Notes under the pieces: generated by a model
What the model was told of the DNA's origin: nothing
What the model saw: the letters and a program-made list of their open reading frames with translations, nothing else
Databases searched by the model: none
In this document: piece after piece, positions 54,883 through 64,000 of the stretch
Numbering within the stretch: the stretch's first letter is position 1
Layout: each line of letters opens with the position of its first letter
Assembly: GCA_029248105.1 (NCBI GenBank)
Contig: JAQWJZ010000003.1
Coordinates: 27,350-91,349, forward strand
Direction: 5' to 3'
DNA: 64,000 nt
Origin: Flavobacteriales bacterium
Lineage (GTDB): Bacteria > Bacteroidota > Bacteroidia > Flavobacteriales > UBA7312
Made by a program: the position numbers and the translations under genes

Positions 54883-57800
54883 TTGGCTTCAAATAAAACT
54901 ACCAATAGAATCAATTTTGCATCTATCAAAAATCAGCTTAATTATCCTGATTTTTTAGATATTCAAATAGGTGCTTTCAAAGACTTTTTCCAAATCGGTG
55001 TTTCTGCTGATACAAGAAAAGAAGAAGGTTTATGGCAAGTGTTCAATGATCATTTTCCAATCTCTGATTCGAGAAATAACTTCGTATTAGAGTTCATTGA
55101 TTACAACATTGATCCACCGAGATACTCAATTAAAGAGTGTATCGAAAGAGGTTTAACCTACAAAGTTCCTCTAAAAGCAAAACTTAAATTATACTGTACA
55201 GATCCTGATCATGAGGACTTTGAAACTATCGAACAAGAAGTGTTCTTAGGTTCAGTCCCTTATGTTACTCCTAAAGGATCTTTTGTAATAAACGGTGCTG
55301 AACGAGTGGTAGTTTCTCAGTTACACCGTTCTCCAGGCGTTTTCTTTGGACATAGTTTCCACGCCAACGGAGCAAAATTATACTCAGCAAGAGTTATACC
55401 TTTCAAAGGTTCATGGATAGAATTTGCAACTGACATACATAATGTGATGTATGCCTACATCGATAGAAAGAAAAAGTTACCAGTAACAACTTTACTTCGA
55501 TCTATTGGTTTTGAAAATGATAAAGATATTCTTGAAATATTCAATCTTGCTGATGAAGTAAGAGTAAGTAAGGCTGCTCTAAAAAGAGTAGTTGGCAGAA
55601 AACTAGCTGCTAGAATACTTAAAACTTGGATTGAAGATTTTGTTGATGAAGATACAGGTGAAGTTGTTTCCATTGAAAGAAATGAAGTAATCATTGATAG
55701 AGAAACAGTTATTGAAAAAGAACACATTGATGATATCATTGATTCTGGATCAAAAACAGTACTTCTTCACAAAGAAGATGTTTCCACTTCAGAGTACGCT
55801 ATCATTTACAATACATTACAAAAAGATCCTACTAACTCAGAAAAAGAAGCGGTAATTTATATCTATAGACAGCTTCGTAATGCTGAGCCACCTGATGAGG
55901 AAACGGCAAGAGGAATAATTGATAAATTATTCTTCTCAGAGCAGCGTTATAGTCTAGGCGAAGTAGGACGTTTTAGAATAAATAAGAAATTAGGTTTAGA
56001 CGTTGATTCTGACGTTCAAATCCTAACCAAAGAGGATATTATTTCAATCATCAAAAATTTGGTAGAATTAGCTAATTCAAAAACCAATGTTGATGATATT
56101 GATCACCTTAGTAACAGAAGGGTGAGAACTGTTGGTGAGCAACTTTCAAATCAATTTAGTTTAGGTCTTTCTAGAATGGCAAGAACCATTAGAGAAAGAA
56201 TGAACGTTAGAGATAACGAGGTCTTTACACCTGTTGATTTGATAAATGCGAAGACTTTATCTTCAGTAATCAATTCATTCTTTGGTACGAATCAGCTATC
56301 TCAATTTATGGATCAAACAAATCCATTAGCTGAAGTAACGCATAAAAGAAGAATGTCTGCATTAGGACCTGGTGGTCTTTCAAGAGAAAGAGCAGGTTTT
56401 GAGGTGCGTGATGTTCACTACACTCACTACGGTAGATTATGTCCTATTGAAACTCCTGAGGGACCAAATATTGGTCTTATATCTTCACTGTGTGTTTACG
56501 CAAAAGTGAATAACCTAGGTTTTATAGAGACTCCATACCGCAAGGTAGAAGATGGTGTTGTTAAAGTTGACGAGCAACCTATTTACCTTACTGCTGAGGA
56601 AGAAAATAACATGACTATTGCTCAAGCAAACGCACCAATTACTGATAAAGGTAATTTTGAGGTTGAGCGTGTGAAAGCAAGATTTGAAGGTGATTATCCA
56701 GTGACAGAGCCACAAAACATTACCCTAATGGATGTTGCTCCAAACCAGATTGCTTCTATCGCAGCATCATTGATTCCATTCTTGGAGCATGATGATGCAA
56801 ACCGTGCATTAATGGGCTCTAACATGATGCGTCAGGCTGTTCCTTTATTACAAGCTGACGCTCCAATCGTTGGTACAGGACTTGAGCCTCAAGTAGCTAG
56901 TGACTCAAGAGTTCTAGTAAATGCTGAAGGTAATGGTGTTGTTGAATATGTTGATGCTAACTCAATTCATATTCGCTACGAAGTAACAGATGAACAGAGA
57001 TTACTATCTTTTGACGATGATGTCAAGGTATATAATCTAACGAAGTTTAAGAAAACGAACCAAAACACATGTATCAATCTTAAGCCAATTGTTGTTAAAG
57101 GTGATAAAGTTGTTGAAGGTCAAGTACTTTGTGAAGGATACGCTACTCAAAATGGTGAATTAGCTATTGGTAGAAACCTAAAAGTGGCATTTATGCCTTG
57201 GAAAGGTTATAACTTTGAGGATGCTATTGTTCTTTCTGAGCGTGTTGTTAGAGAAGATTTATTTACATCTATCCACATTGAAGAAATGTTGGTTAATGTA
57301 AGAGACACTAAAAGAGGCCCTGAAGAATTAACCGCTGATATACCTAACGTCTCTGAAGAAGCGACTAAGGATTTGGATGAAAATGGAATGATTCGTGTAG
57401 GAGCTGATATAAAAGCGGGTGATATCATTATTGGTAAAATTACTCCAAAAGGTGAATCTGACCCTACTCCTGAAGAAAAGCTTCTTAAAGCTATCTTTGG
57501 TGATAAAGCGGGTGACGTGAAAGATGCATCACTTAAAGCAAGACCTTCATTCAAAGGTGTTGTAATTGACAAAAAGCTGTTCTCTAAATCTATTAAGGAT
57601 AAAAGAACACGCGCTATGGATAAAGAGACAGTTGCAGTTCTTGAAAAAGAATTCAACCAAAAGGCAACTGAATTAAAATCTATTTTAGTTAATAAGCTAT
57701 TCACAATACTAAGTGGTAAAACATCACAAGGTATCTTGAGTAATTTAGGTGATGATCTTATTCCAAAAGGAGTGAAATATACTCTCAAGGCTCTTCAATC

Positions 57801-58698
57801 TATAGATTACGATACAGTTAATACTCGTACAACCAAATGGGTAGTTGATAAAGTCTTGAATGTGAAAATTCAATCTTTAATGAATAACTTCCTATTGAAG
57901 AATAGTGAATTATTGAGTGACTTCAGAAGAAAGAAATTTGCAATTACTGTAGGTGACGAACTTCCTGCTGGAGTACTTAAGTTAGCAAAGGTATATGTTG
58001 CTAAAAAGCGTAAAGTTCAAGTAGGAGATAAGTTAGCTGGTCGTCATGGTAACAAAGGTATTGTAGCTAAAATTGTTCGTGATGAGGATATGCCATTCTT
58101 AGAGGATGGTTCAACAGTTGACATTGTACTTAATCCACTTGGTGTACCATCTCGTATGAACCTTGGACAGATATATGAAACTGTATTAGGTTGGGCTGGG
58201 CAAAAGCTTGATAGAAAATACTTTACACCTGTTTTTGATGGTGCTTCCATTGAAGATATCAATAACGAAACTGATATGGCAGGGCTACCAAGATATGGGC
58301 AAACCTATCTTTATGATGGTGGTACTGGAGAGCGTTTTGATCAGCCTGCAACAGTTGGTATTATATACATGCTGAAGCTTGGTCACATGGTCGATGATAA
58401 AATGCATGCTCGTTCTATAGGTCCTTATTCACTTATTACTCAGCAACCACTTGGTGGTAAAGCTCAGTTTGGTGGACAAAGACTTGGAGAAATGGAGGTT
58501 TGGGCACTAGAAGGTTATGGTGCTGCAAATATCCTTCAAGAAATGTTAACAGTTAAATCAGATGATGTTGTTGGACGTGCTAAAGCATATGAAGCTATTG
58601 TAAAAGGTAGCCCAATGCCAACACCAGGGATTCCTGAATCATTTAATGTACTGATGCACGAGTTATTAGGTCTTGGACTTAAAGTGACTTTAGACTAA
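54883..58698 (+). CDS. rpoB: DNA-directed RNA polymerase subunit beta (TTG start)
   Basis: 1271 aa with conserved blocks throughout. No in-frame ATG between the upstream stop (TAG 54802-54804) and the conserved RINFAS at residue 9, so TTG 54883 is the only plausible start. Confidence 0.98.
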   Translation: MASNKTTNRINFASIKNQLNYPDFLDIQIGAFKDFFQIGVSADTRKEEGLWQVFNDHFPISDSRNNFVLEFIDYNIDPPRYSIKECIERGLTYKVPLKAKLKLYCTDPDHEDFETIEQEVFLGSVPYVTPKGSFVINGAERVVVSQLHRSPGVFFGHSFHANGAKLYSARVIPFKGSWIEFATDIHNVMYAYIDRKKKLPVTTLLRSIGFENDKDILEIFNLADEVRVSKAALKRVVGRKLAARILKTWIEDFVDEDTGEVVSIERNEVIIDRETVIEKEHIDDIIDSGSKTVLLHKEDVSTSEYAIIYNTLQKDPTNSEKEAVIYIYRQLRNAEPPDEETARGIIDKLFFSEQRYSLGEVGRFRINKKLGLDVDSDVQILTKEDIISIIKNLVELANSKTNVDDIDHLSNRRVRTVGEQLSNQFSLGLSRMARTIRERMNVRDNEVFTPVDLINAKTLSSVINSFFGTNQLSQFMDQTNPLAEVTHKRRMSALGPGGLSRERAGFEVRDVHYTHYGRLCPIETPEGPNIGLISSLCVYAKVNNLGFIETPYRKVEDGVVKVDEQPIYLTAEEENNMTIAQANAPITDKGNFEVERVKARFEGDYPVTEPQNITLMDVAPNQIASIAASLIPFLEHDDANRALMGSNMMRQAVPLLQADAPIVGTGLEPQVASDSRVLVNAEGNGVVEYVDANSIHIRYEVTDEQRLLSFDDDVKVYNLTKFKKTNQNTCINLKPIVVKGDKVVEGQVLCEGYATQNGELAIGRNLKVAFMPWKGYNFEDAIVLSERVVREDLFTSIHIEEMLVNVRDTKRGPEELTADIPNVSEEATKDLDENGMIRVGADIKAGDIIIGKITPKGESDPTPEEKLLKAIFGDKAGDVKDASLKARPSFKGVVIDKKLFSKSIKDKRTRAMDKETVAVLEKEFNQKATELKSILVNKLFTILSGKTSQGILSNLGDDLIPKGVKYTLKALQSIDYDTVNTRTTKWVVDKVLNVKIQSLMNNFLLKNSELLSDFRRKKFAITVGDELPAGVLKLAKVYVAKKRKVQVGDKLAGRHGNKGIVAKIVRDEDMPFLEDGSTVDIVLNPLGVPSRMNLGQIYETVLGWAGQKLDRKYFTPVFDGASIEDINNETDMAGLPRYGQTYLYDGGTGERFDQPATVGIIYMLKLGHMVDDKMHARSIGPYSLITQQPLGGKAQFGGQRLGEMEVWALEGYGAANILQEMLTVKSDDVVGRAKAYEAIVKGSPMPTPGIPESFNVLMHELLGLGLKVTLD

Positions 58699-58732
58699 TA
58701 TTTATAATCTTAATACTCTATAATAAATAGAT

Positions 58733-61700
58733 ATGGCAATAAGAAAAGGTAAAAACGAAGTAAACACTAGTTTCAATAATATTACAATAAGTCTAGCTTC
58801 ACCAGAAGATATTCTTTCTAAATCTAGTGGAGAGGTTACAAAACCAGAAACTATCAATTACAGAACCTATAAGCCTGAAAGAGATGGTTTGTTTTGTGAG
58901 CGTATTTTTGGACCTACCAAAGATTTTGAATGTCACTGTGGTAAATACAAGCGTATTCGATACAGAGGTATCGTATGTGATCGTTGTGGTGTTGAAGTTA
59001 CTGAAAAGAAAGTACGTAGAGAACGTACAGGTCACATTCAATTAGTTGTTCCTGTAGCACATATTTGGTATTCAAAATCTAACCCTAATAAAATTGGGTA
59101 TTTATTAGGTTTACCAAGCAAGAAGTTGGATATGATTATATACTACGAAAGGTATGTAGTTATTCAAGCGGGTTCAGCAACAAATGAAGAAGGTGAGCCT
59201 TTACAATTCCTTGACTTCTTAACAGAAGATGAGTACTTAGATGCTTTAGAAAAAATACCAGTAGAAAATCGTTATTTAGATGACGAAGATCCAAAGAAGT
59301 TTATCGCTAAAATGGGTGCTGAGGCTTTAATAGAGCTTTTAAGAAGACTTGATTTAGATCAACTTTCATTTGACTTACGTCATAAAGCAAATACAGAAAC
59401 CTCTCAGCAAAGAAAAGCGGAAGCTCTAAAAAGATTACAAGTTATTGAATCATTTAGAGACGCCAACTCAAGAATAGAAAACAAACCAGAATGGATGATT
59501 GTTAAGGTTATACCTGTTATTCCACCTGAGTTAAGACCATTAGTTCCTTTAGATGGTGGCCGTTTTGCTACTTCAGATTTAAATGATTTATATAGAAGAG
59601 TTATTATCAGAAATAACCGTCTTAAAAGATTAATTGAAATTAAAGCTCCTGAGGTAATTCTTAGAAATGAGAAAAGAATGCTTCAAGAATCTGTTGATTC
59701 GTTGTTTGATAATTCAAGAAAATCAAGCGCTGTAAAAACAGAATCAAATAGAGCGTTAAAATCATTATCAGATAGCTTAAAAGGTAAGCAAGGACGTTTT
59801 CGTCAAAACCTACTTGGTAAACGTGTAGATTATTCTGCTCGTTCAGTTATTGTTGTAGGTCCTGAATTGAAAATGCACGAATGTGGTTTGCCAAAAAATA
59901 TGGCAGCTGAATTATTTAAGCCATTTATCATTCGTAAAATGATTGATAGAGGTATTGTAAAAACAGTAAAGTCTGCTAAAAAAATTATTGACAAAAGAGA
60001 GCCTGTTGTTTGGGATATTTTAGAGAATGTGATGAAAGGACATCCCGTTCTACTAAATCGTGCCCCAACACTTCACCGTTTAGGGATTCAAGCTTTCCAG
60101 CCAGTAATGATAGAAGGAAAAGCAATTAGACTTCACCCGCTTGTTTGTACAGCATTTAACGCCGATTTTGACGGTGACCAGATGGCTGTTCACTTACCAT
60201 TGGGCGAAGCTGCAGTATTAGAAGCACAGCTTTTAATGTTGGCTTCTCACAACATTCTTAACCCTGCTAATGGTGCGCCAGTTACTGTTCCTTCACAGGA
60301 TATGGTACTAGGTCTGTATTATATGACTAAGCCATTAAAAGGAGCTAAAGGTGAAGGCCTAGCTTTCTATTCTGATGAAGAAGTAAAGATAGCCTTTAAT
60401 GAAGGCAGAGTTGACTTACACGCATACATCAAGGTAAGAGCTAAAGTGAAGAATGATGAAGGCGAATTAGTAAGTAAGTTAATTGAAACCTCTGTTGGTA
60501 GAGTATTATTTAATGAATTCGTTCCTGAGGAAGTAGGATTTATTGATACCTTACTTACGAAAAAGGCCTTAAGAGATATTATTGGTGACGTTCTAAATGT
60601 CTCTGGTATTGCTAAAACGGCTGAATTCTTAGATAATATTAAAGGTATAGGTTATAATTTCGCATTTAAAGGTGGATTATCATTTAACCTAGGTGACGTT
60701 ATTATTCCTGAAGAGAAAGATACTATGGTATCCGATGCATACAATCAGGTTGATGAGGTAACGGCTAACTACAATATGGGATTCATTACCAATAACGAAA
60801 GATATAATCAAGTTATTGATATCTGGTCTAACACCAACGCTCACCTTACTGAAAAAGTAATGAAACAATTGAGTTCTGATAAAGAAGGATTCAATTCAGT
60901 TTACATGATGCTTGATTCAGGTGCAAGGGGTTCAAAAGAACAAATTAAGCAGTTAGGTGGTATGAGAGGTTTGATGGCAAAACCACAAAAATCTGGTGAT
61001 AAAAGTGGTGCCGCGATTATTGAAAACCCCATTATTGCAAACTTTAAAGAAGGTTTATCTATACTTGAGTATTTTATTTCTACGCACGGTGCTCGTAAAG
61101 GTCTTGCCGATACAGCACTTAAAACTGCCGATGCAGGTTATTTAACAAGAAGACTTGTTGATTCATCACAAGATGTTGTTGTTAAGATAGAAGACTGCGG
61201 TACTTTGAGAGGTTTAGAAATTTCTGCATACAAGAAAAACGATGAAATCGTTGAACCATTGAAAGATAGAATATCTGGTCGTGTTTCTCTTCATGATTTA
61301 TATGATACAGATGGCAATGTTATAGTTGCTAATGGCGAGATGATTACTGATAATATGGCTAAAGCTATCGAAGAGGCTCAAATAGAGTCTGTGGAAGTAC
61401 GTTCAGTACTTACTTGCGAGGCTAAGAAAGGAGTATGTGCTAAATGTTATGGTAGAAACCTTTCAACAGCTAGTATGGCTGTGCCTGGTGATACTGTTGG
61501 TGTAGTTGCTGCTCAGTCTATTGGTGAGCCGGGTACACAGTTAACATTAAGAACATTCCACTTTGGTGGTACAGCATCTAAAATAGCTTCAGAATCTAGT
61601 GTAGTTGCTAAATTTGACGGTAAAGTTGAAATTGATGATTTAAAACTTATAGATTCTGTAAATGAAGATGGTGAAAAAATCAAAATGGTAATTAGCCGTA

Positions 61701-63034
61701 CTTCAGAAATTAGAATTATAGATGAAAAATTAGGTATAGTTCTTTCTACTAATAACATTCCTTATGGTTCTACATTATATGTTGAAGCAGGAAAGAAAGT
61801 AAAGAAAGGAACTAAGATTTGTGATTGGGATCCATATAATGCGGTAATTATTTCCGAGTTTGATGGAAAGATTGCCTTCCAAGATATACAGGAAGGTTTA
61901 TCATACCGAGTAGAATCTGATGAGCAAACTGGTTTCGAAGAAAAAGTAATGATTGAGCGTAAAGATAAAACGCTTAATCCTACTATTAACGTTGTTAACA
62001 AGAAAGGTGAGCAAACAAGATCTTACAGTATCCCTGTTAAAGCTCACTTGTCTGTTGATGATGGTCAAACAATAAAGTCGGGTAAGATTATTGCAAAGAT
62101 TCCTAGGCTAGCATCTTCTTTAGGTGATATTACTGGTGGTCTTCCAAGAGTTACAGAATTGTTTGAAGCTCGTAACCCATCTAACCCTGCTGTTGTAACT
62201 GAAATTGACGGTATCGTTAATTTTGGTCCAAAAATTAAGAGAGGTAACAAAGAAGTAATTATTACATCTAAAACAGGTGAGGTTTCTAAATACCTTATCC
62301 CATTATCGAAACATATATTGGTTCAAGAAAATGACTTTGTTAAGTCAGGTATGCCATTATGTGATGGTGCAATAACACCTTCTGATATTTTGAGAATTAA
62401 AGGGCCTACTGCTGTCCAAGAGTATATCGTAAATGAAATTCAAGAAGTATATAGACTTCAAGGAATGAAGATTAACGATAAGCACTTTGAGGTTATCGTT
62501 AGGCAAATGATGCGTAAGATGAATGTCGTTGACGCAGGTGATACAAAATTCTTAGATGGTCAAGTTATTACTAAGTTAGAATTTATGGAAGAGAATGATA
62601 GAATCTTTGGCATGAAAGTGGTAGAAGAAACAGGAGATTCTCAAGTTCTTAAAGCTGGGCAAATTATTTCTGCTCGTAAGCTTAGAGAAGAAAATTCTAG
62701 ATTGAGAAGAAAAGATTTGAAAACGGTTGAAGCACGAGAAGCAATACCTGCTACTAGTGAACAACGTATTCAAGGTATTACTCGTGCTGCTCTTCAAACG
62801 AACAGTTGGGTATCTGCTGCATCTTTCCAAGAAACGACGAAAGTTCTAAATGCTGCTGCCATCAATGGTAAACGTGATGGTTTAGAAGGATTGAAAGAAA
62901 ATGTAATTGTTGGTCATAAAATACCAGCAGGTACAGGTCTTCGTACTTGGGATGATATTGTTGTAGGTTCACAAGATGAGTTCGATCAATTAATGGCGGC
63001 TAAAGAAGAAGAAATAACTTCTGAAGAAGCATAA
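58733..63034 (+). CDS. rpoC: DNA-directed RNA polymerase subunit beta'
   Basis: 1433 aa. Zn-binding [20 protein letters not shown] and catalytic [12 protein letters not shown]. Confidence 0.99.
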   Translation: MAIRKGKNEVNTSFNNITISLASPEDILSKSSGEVTKPETINYRTYKPERDGLFCERIFGPTKDFECHCGKYKRIRYRGIVCDRCGVEVTEKKVRRERTGHIQLVVPVAHIWYSKSNPNKIGYLLGLPSKKLDMIIYYERYVVIQAGSATNEEGEPLQFLDFLTEDEYLDALEKIPVENRYLDDEDPKKFIAKMGAEALIELLRRLDLDQLSFDLRHKANTETSQQRKAEALKRLQVIESFRDANSRIENKPEWMIVKVIPVIPPELRPLVPLDGGRFATSDLNDLYRRVIIRNNRLKRLIEIKAPEVILRNEKRMLQESVDSLFDNSRKSSAVKTESNRALKSLSDSLKGKQGRFRQNLLGKRVDYSARSVIVVGPELKMHECGLPKNMAAELFKPFIIRKMIDRGIVKTVKSAKKIIDKREPVVWDILENVMKGHPVLLNRAPTLHRLGIQAFQPVMIEGKAIRLHPLVCTAFNADFDGDQMAVHLPLGEAAVLEAQLLMLASHNILNPANGAPVTVPSQDMVLGLYYMTKPLKGAKGEGLAFYSDEEVKIAFNEGRVDLHAYIKVRAKVKNDEGELVSKLIETSVGRVLFNEFVPEEVGFIDTLLTKKALRDIIGDVLNVSGIAKTAEFLDNIKGIGYNFAFKGGLSFNLGDVIIPEEKDTMVSDAYNQVDEVTANYNMGFITNNERYNQVIDIWSNTNAHLTEKVMKQLSSDKEGFNSVYMMLDSGARGSKEQIKQLGGMRGLMAKPQKSGDKSGAAIIENPIIANFKEGLSILEYFISTHGARKGLADTALKTADAGYLTRRLVDSSQDVVVKIEDCGTLRGLEISAYKKNDEIVEPLKDRISGRVSLHDLYDTDGNVIVANGEMITDNMAKAIEEAQIESVEVRSVLTCEAKKGVCAKCYGRNLSTASMAVPGDTVGVVAAQSIGEPGTQLTLRTFHFGGTASKIASESSVVAKFDGKVEIDDLKLIDSVNEDGEKIKMVISRTSEIRIIDEKLGIVLSTNNIPYGSTLYVEAGKKVKKGTKICDWDPYNAVIISEFDGKIAFQDIQEGLSYRVESDEQTGFEEKVMIERKDKTLNPTINVVNKKGEQTRSYSIPVKAHLSVDDGQTIKSGKIIAKIPRLASSLGDITGGLPRVTELFEARNPSNPAVVTEIDGIVNFGPKIKRGNKEVIITSKTGEVSKYLIPLSKHILVQENDFVKSGMPLCDGAITPSDILRIKGPTAVQEYIVNEIQEVYRLQGMKINDKHFEVIVRQMMRKMNVVDAGDTKFLDGQVITKLEFMEENDRIFGMKVVEETGDSQVLKAGQIISARKLREENSRLRRKDLKTVEAREAIPATSEQRIQGITRAALQTNSWVSAASFQETTKVLNAAAINGKRDGLEGLKENVIVGHKIPAGTGLRTWDDIVVGSQDEFDQLMAAKEEEITSEEA

Positions 63035-63046
63035 GAATCTTAGACT

Positions 63047-63355
63047 ATGGCTGAAGAAAAAAAAGGACTTAATATTGAACTTACAGAAGAAATTGCTGAA
63101 GGTATATATAGCAACCTTGCTATAATTAACCATTCTCCATCTGAATTTGTAATTGACTTTATTAAAGTAATGCCAGGCGTGCCAAAGGCTAAAGTTAAGT
63201 CTAGAATAGTCTTAACCCCTCAGCATGCTAAACGTCTTTTAAAAGCTTTAAATGATAATGTTTCTAAGTTTGAGGCTCAGCATGGGCCAATTAAAAATGT
63301 TGATTCTCCGAATAACATTCCGCTGAGTTTCAGTGGGCCAACAGCCGAAGCATAA
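63047..63355 (+). CDS. DUF3467 family protein (conserved downstream of rpoC in Bacteroidota)
   Basis: 102 aa. YSNLAIINHSPSEFVIDF pattern and synteny. Confidence 0.8.
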   Translation: MAEEKKGLNIELTEEIAEGIYSNLAIINHSPSEFVIDFIKVMPGVPKAKVKSRIVLTPQHAKRLLKALNDNVSKFEAQHGPIKNVDSPNNIPLSFSGPTAEA

Positions 63356-63357
63356 CA

Positions 63358-63391
63358 ACAAAAAAAACCACTCAATGAGTGGTTTTTTTTT
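63358..63391. terminator. Bidirectional rho-independent terminator
   Basis: A-run, CCACTC aat GAGTGG stem, T9. Lies between DUF3467 (+) and the desaturase gene (-). Confidence 0.75.
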
Positions 63392-63411
63392 ATTCTACTT
63401 GTTTTAGCTTT

Positions 63412-64000
63412 TTAAGCTTTACCTAAATTTTTAAGCATTTTTGTATGTTCTATTAAAGCTCTAAGGTAACTCTTCTGGGTGTAATAAGGTAAGTTGTACT
63501 CTTTAGCTTTTTCTTTCACTATATGCGAAATATTCTTGTAGTGAACGTGACATATATTTGGAAATAAATGATGTTCAACCTGGAAATTTAAACCACCAAC
63601 AAACCATGAGAAAAATCTACTTTTTGGTGCGTAGTTTGAAGTTGTTTGTAATTGGTGTATAGCCCAATTATTTTCAATGGTTCCCTCTTTATTAGGATTT
63701 GGATGGCCACATTCTGGCATAATATGAGCAGTTTGAAAAATAGTAGATAAGATAAAACCTGCTACAAAGTGAAGGCTAAAAAAGCAAACAAACCAAAACC
63801 CAAATGATATACCTCCTATAACAAAGTATGGAATAACGAACATATAGGCATAATAGATAATTTTCCATCCTACCATTTCAAGCATTAATGGTCCGTATTC
63901 TTTATCTGTAATAAACCCATCTTTTTTAAAATCATTAAGCTGTTTAAATTCTTTGTTTGTTGACCATGAAAAAGTCATTAATCCGTAAAAGAACCAAGCG
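63412..64000 (-). CDS. Fatty acid desaturase, membrane-bound (5' end beyond the window)
   Basis: His-box QVEHHLFPNICHVHY and hydrophobic helices. The reading frame stays open upstream of the track's Met through position 64000. Confidence 0.8.
   Translation of the reverse strand, partial: AWFFYGLMTFSWSTNKEFKQLNDFKKDGFITDKEYGPLMLEMVGWKIIYYAYMFVIPYFVIGGISFGFWFVCFFSLHFVAGFILSTIFQTAHIMPECGHPNPNKEGTIENNWAIHQLQTTSNYAPKSRFFSWFVGGLNFQVEHHLFPNICHVHYKNISHIVKEKAKEYNLPYYTQKSYLRALIEHTKMLKNLGKA

Noticed and set aside
57207-57788. 193-aa ORF antisense to rpoB, and similar antisense ORFs (4101-4427, 34712-35044, 53389-53733, 51066-51359, 61513-62250 and others)
   Set aside because: They lie fully inside strongly conserved genes on the opposite strand. 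They have low-complexity Ser/Leu/Ile-rich composition and no recognisable motifs, as expected for shadow ORFs in AT-rich DNA.

Overview
Low-GC Bacteroidota (Flavobacteriales-like) chromosomal core, almost fully coding. All calls come from reading the sequence and ORF track and from remembered family motifs; no database or HMM search was possible. Left to right: greA, HIT, ruvC; a flippase-like/GT2/orphan ABC-permease block; an AtoE-like transporter; DUF3127 and a flavin reductase; tRNA-Leu; a small XRE/lipoprotein islet; murB; two glycosyltransferases; ftsE; a TPR plus outer-membrane-barrel pair; gyrB; two tandem T9SS type-B cargo (adhesin-like) genes, one disrupted; mdh; an FG-GAP T9SS type-A cargo gene; secDF; tatA; type II glutamine synthetase; an OmpA-family protein; a purM-like gene; prfA; pyrF; a TonB-dependent receptor with DUF4249; DUF2851; a PspC / K+ channel / PspC cassette; an rmlD-like gene; an alanine:cation symporter; a ComEA-like gene; apt; an acyl-CoA dehydrogenase. 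Then comes the conserved block rpsU, xer recombinase, hpf, 4 tRNAs, tuf, tRNA-Trp, secE-nusG-rplKAJL-rpoBC-DUF3467, and a partial fatty-acid desaturase. I saw no CRISPR array, IS/transposase or prophage. Points worth a second look: (1) the only long G/C homopolymer in the window (C8 on the coding strand) splits a T9SS adhesin paralogue, and removing one base restores an ~800-codon frame; (2) a K+ channel with a non-canonical filter (SVGFQ) is translationally coupled on both sides to PspC-domain mini-proteins; (3) DUF3127 ends in an SSB-like acidic tip (EEDDLPF) and is start/stop-coupled to a flavin reductase; (4) a tRNA-adjacent XRE + palindrome + Cys-rich lipoprotein + mini membrane protein islet; (5) in-frame stop codons in secDF and a ComEA-like gene, plus four homopolymer frameshifts. 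Together these six disruptions could be sequencing error, gene decay or phase variation, and only read-level data can separate them.
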